From: an uncultured delta proteobacterium | Lineage (GTDB): Bacteria; Desulfobacterota; Binatia; HRBIN30; BPIQ01 | DNA: 64,000 bases | NCBI GenBank assembly: GCA_963761335.1 | Contig: CAVXGR010000012.1 | Location: 640,001-704,000, forward strand | Reading direction: 5' to 3' | Part shown: positions 62,269 to 64,000 of the stretch, piece by piece | Layout of the letters: every line of letters begins with the position of its first letter | How positions within the stretch are numbered: the first letter of the stretch is position 1 | The notes under the pieces: model-generated | What the model was told of the DNA's origin: nothing | The model's input: the letters and a program-made list of their open reading frames with translations, nothing else | The model's database searches: none | Position numbers and translations under genes: made by a program

Positions 62269-64000
62269 GCCCGGCCGAGCCCGCCGGTGCCGACACCGCG
62301 GCGCTGGCCTTCAGCGACGTCTGCAAGCAGTTCCGTGCGGGCAGCCGCGTCATCCAGGCGCTCGACAGCGTCAGCGCCGAGGTTCACCGCGGCACGGTCA
62401 CCGGCCTCATCGGCCCCGACGCCGCCGGCAAGACCACGCTCATGCGGCTGGCGGCCGGGCTGCTGACGGCGGACTCCGGGCGGATCCTCGCCCTCGGCCT
62501 CGATCCCGCCAGCGAGCCGCTCGCGGTGCAGGCGGCGCTCGGCTACATGCCGCAGCGCTTCGGCCTGTACGAGGATCTCACCGTGCGGGAGAACCTCGAC
62601 CTCTACGCCGACCTGCACGCCGTGCCGCCGCCGGCACGGCACGACCGCTACGACGAGCTGCTGCACATGACCGGGCTGGGGCGCTTCACCGATCGCCTCG
62701 CCGGCCGGCTGTCGGGAGGCATGAAGCAGAAGCTCGGCCTCGCCTGTGTCCTCGTTCACCCCCCGGAGCTGCTGTTGCTCGACGAGCCGACGGTGGGCGT
62801 GGACCCAGTCTCCCGGCGCGAGCTGTGGGCCATCGTCTACCGGCTGGTGGAAGAGCGGCACACCACGGTTCTTCTCAGCACCGCCTACCTGGATGAAGCC
62901 GAGCGCTGCAGCGAGGTGATCCTCATCCACGAGGGGAGAACGCTCGGCCAGGGAGCGCCGGCGACCTTCACCCGCCGCATGCAGGGGCGCGCCTTTCGCG
63001 TCTCGGCGCGCCACCAGTCGAAGCGCGCCCTGCAGCGGCAGATGGAAGGCGCGGCGGGGGTCATCGACGCGGTCATCCAGGGCGCCCACGTGCGCATCGT
63101 GACCAAGGAGGCCCAGGAGCCCGGGGCGCCGCTGCCGGTTGCGGCGCCGGCGGACACCGAGATCGTCCCGGCGCCGCCGCGTTTCGAAGACGCATTCATC
63201 GCCCTGCTGGGTGCCCCGAGCGCGCCGGCGACGCCGGCGGGGTACGGCTCCCCGCCGGCGGCCGCCGCTCGGGCAAGCGAGCCGGTGATCGCCGTGCGCG
63301 GCCTCAGCCGGCGATTCGGCGACTTCTACGCCGTCCGCGACGTGAGCTTCAGCGTGTCTCCCGGCGAGGTGTTCGGTCTGCTCGGTGCGAACGGCGCCGG
63401 CAAGTCGACCACCTTCCGCATGCTCTGCGGCTTGCTGCCGGCCTCGGAGGGGACCCTCCAGGTCGCCGGCGTCGATCTGCGCCGCGCCGCGGCGCGGGCG
63501 CGACGGCGCATCGGCTACATGGCGCAGAGATTCTCGCTCTACGCCGACCTCTCGGTGGAAGACAACCTGCGCTTCTTCGCCCGCTCGTACGGCCTGCGAG
63601 GCGAGGCGCAGCAGCGGCGCCTCGCCTGGGCGATGGCGGAGTTCGAGCTGGCATCCTACGCCGAGACCACCAGCCGCGACCTGCCGCTCGGCTACAAGCA
63701 GCGCCTGGCGTTGGGCGCGGCGCTGATGCACGAGCCCGACATCCTCTTTCTCGACGAGCCGACGTCCGGGGTCGACCCGCTGGGCCGGCGCGAGTTCTGG
63801 CGCCGCATCAACGCCCTCGCCGAGAGCGGCGTCACCGTGCTGGTCACCACCCACTTCATGGAGGAGGCCGAGTACTGCGATCGCCTGGTGGTCATGGCGC
63901 GCGGCAGAATCCTTGCCGAAGGCACCTCGGAAGACATGAAGGCGCACCTGCGCAGTGCCGCGAATCCGGAGCCGAGCCTCGAGGACGCCTTCGTGGCGCT
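62265..64000 (+). CDS. Double-domain ABC ATPase (YbhF-like), runs off the window end; absent from the ORF track
   Basis: GTG overlapping the upstream TGA; GPDAAGKTT, LSGGMKQKL, LLDEPTVGVDP, second GANGAGKST and DEPTSGVDP. Confidence 0.9.
   Translation, partial: MSPAEPAGADTAALAFSDVCKQFRAGSRVIQALDSVSAEVHRGTVTGLIGPDAAGKTTLMRLAAGLLTADSGRILALGLDPASEPLAVQAALGYMPQRFGLYEDLTVRENLDLYADLHAVPPPARHDRYDELLHMTGLGRFTDRLAGRLSGGMKQKLGLACVLVHPPELLLLDEPTVGVDPVSRRELWAIVYRLVEERHTTVLLSTAYLDEAERCSEVILIHEGRTLGQGAPATFTRRMQGRAFRVSARHQSKRALQRQMEGAAGVIDAVIQGAHVRIVTKEAQEPGAPLPVAAPADTEIVPAPPRFEDAFIALLGAPSAPATPAGYGSPPAAAARASEPVIAVRGLSRRFGDFYAVRDVSFSVSPGEVFGLLGANGAGKSTTFRMLCGLLPASEGTLQVAGVDLRRAAARARRRIGYMAQRFSLYADLSVEDNLRFFARSYGLRGEAQQRRLAWAMAEFELASYAETTSRDLPLGYKQRLALGAALMHEPDILFLDEPTSGVDPLGRREFWRRINALAESGVTVLVTTHFMEEAEYCDRLVVMARGRILAEGTSEDMKAHLRSAANPEPSLEDAFVA

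Overview
Very GC-rich bacterial chromosomal window (roughly 70% GC by eye). Gene content and Cys-rich secreted proteins suggest a deltaproteobacteria-like lineage such as Ca. Binatia, but this is inference only. Ordinary content: lipid and acyl-CoA metabolism genes, a complete suf operon (Rrf2 regulator, sufBCDSUT), prfC, an S1-domain protein, surE, a four-gene phosphorelay cluster and two ABC export systems. Several genes carry single-base frameshifts, probably consensus errors. No rRNA, tRNA, CRISPR, integrase or transposase gene was recognised. The unusual content is mostly intergenic, where at least eight families of palindromic repeats are nested in one another. (1) A ~280-420 bp non-coding element (TGCGTCATGAG...ATTTTCGAAG) always follows GGGGACAG and splits another repeat, GGGGACAG/GCACCTTTT, at a CAG core. 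It occurs singly and as a head-to-tail trimer, and the empty site is also in the window. (2) A DUF559 endonuclease gene lies between the same inverted hairpin arms that elsewhere enclose only a short spacer, like an autonomous/non-autonomous pair. (3) A Fur-box-preceded operon links an FMN-binding protein, ApbE, a His-containing membrane protein and a Mu Com-like zinc ribbon to a terminator-containing leader, a porin-like gene and a decayed di-heme peroxidase. Also present: two paralogous Cys-rich secreted proteins and a tandem pair of dynamin-like GTPases.
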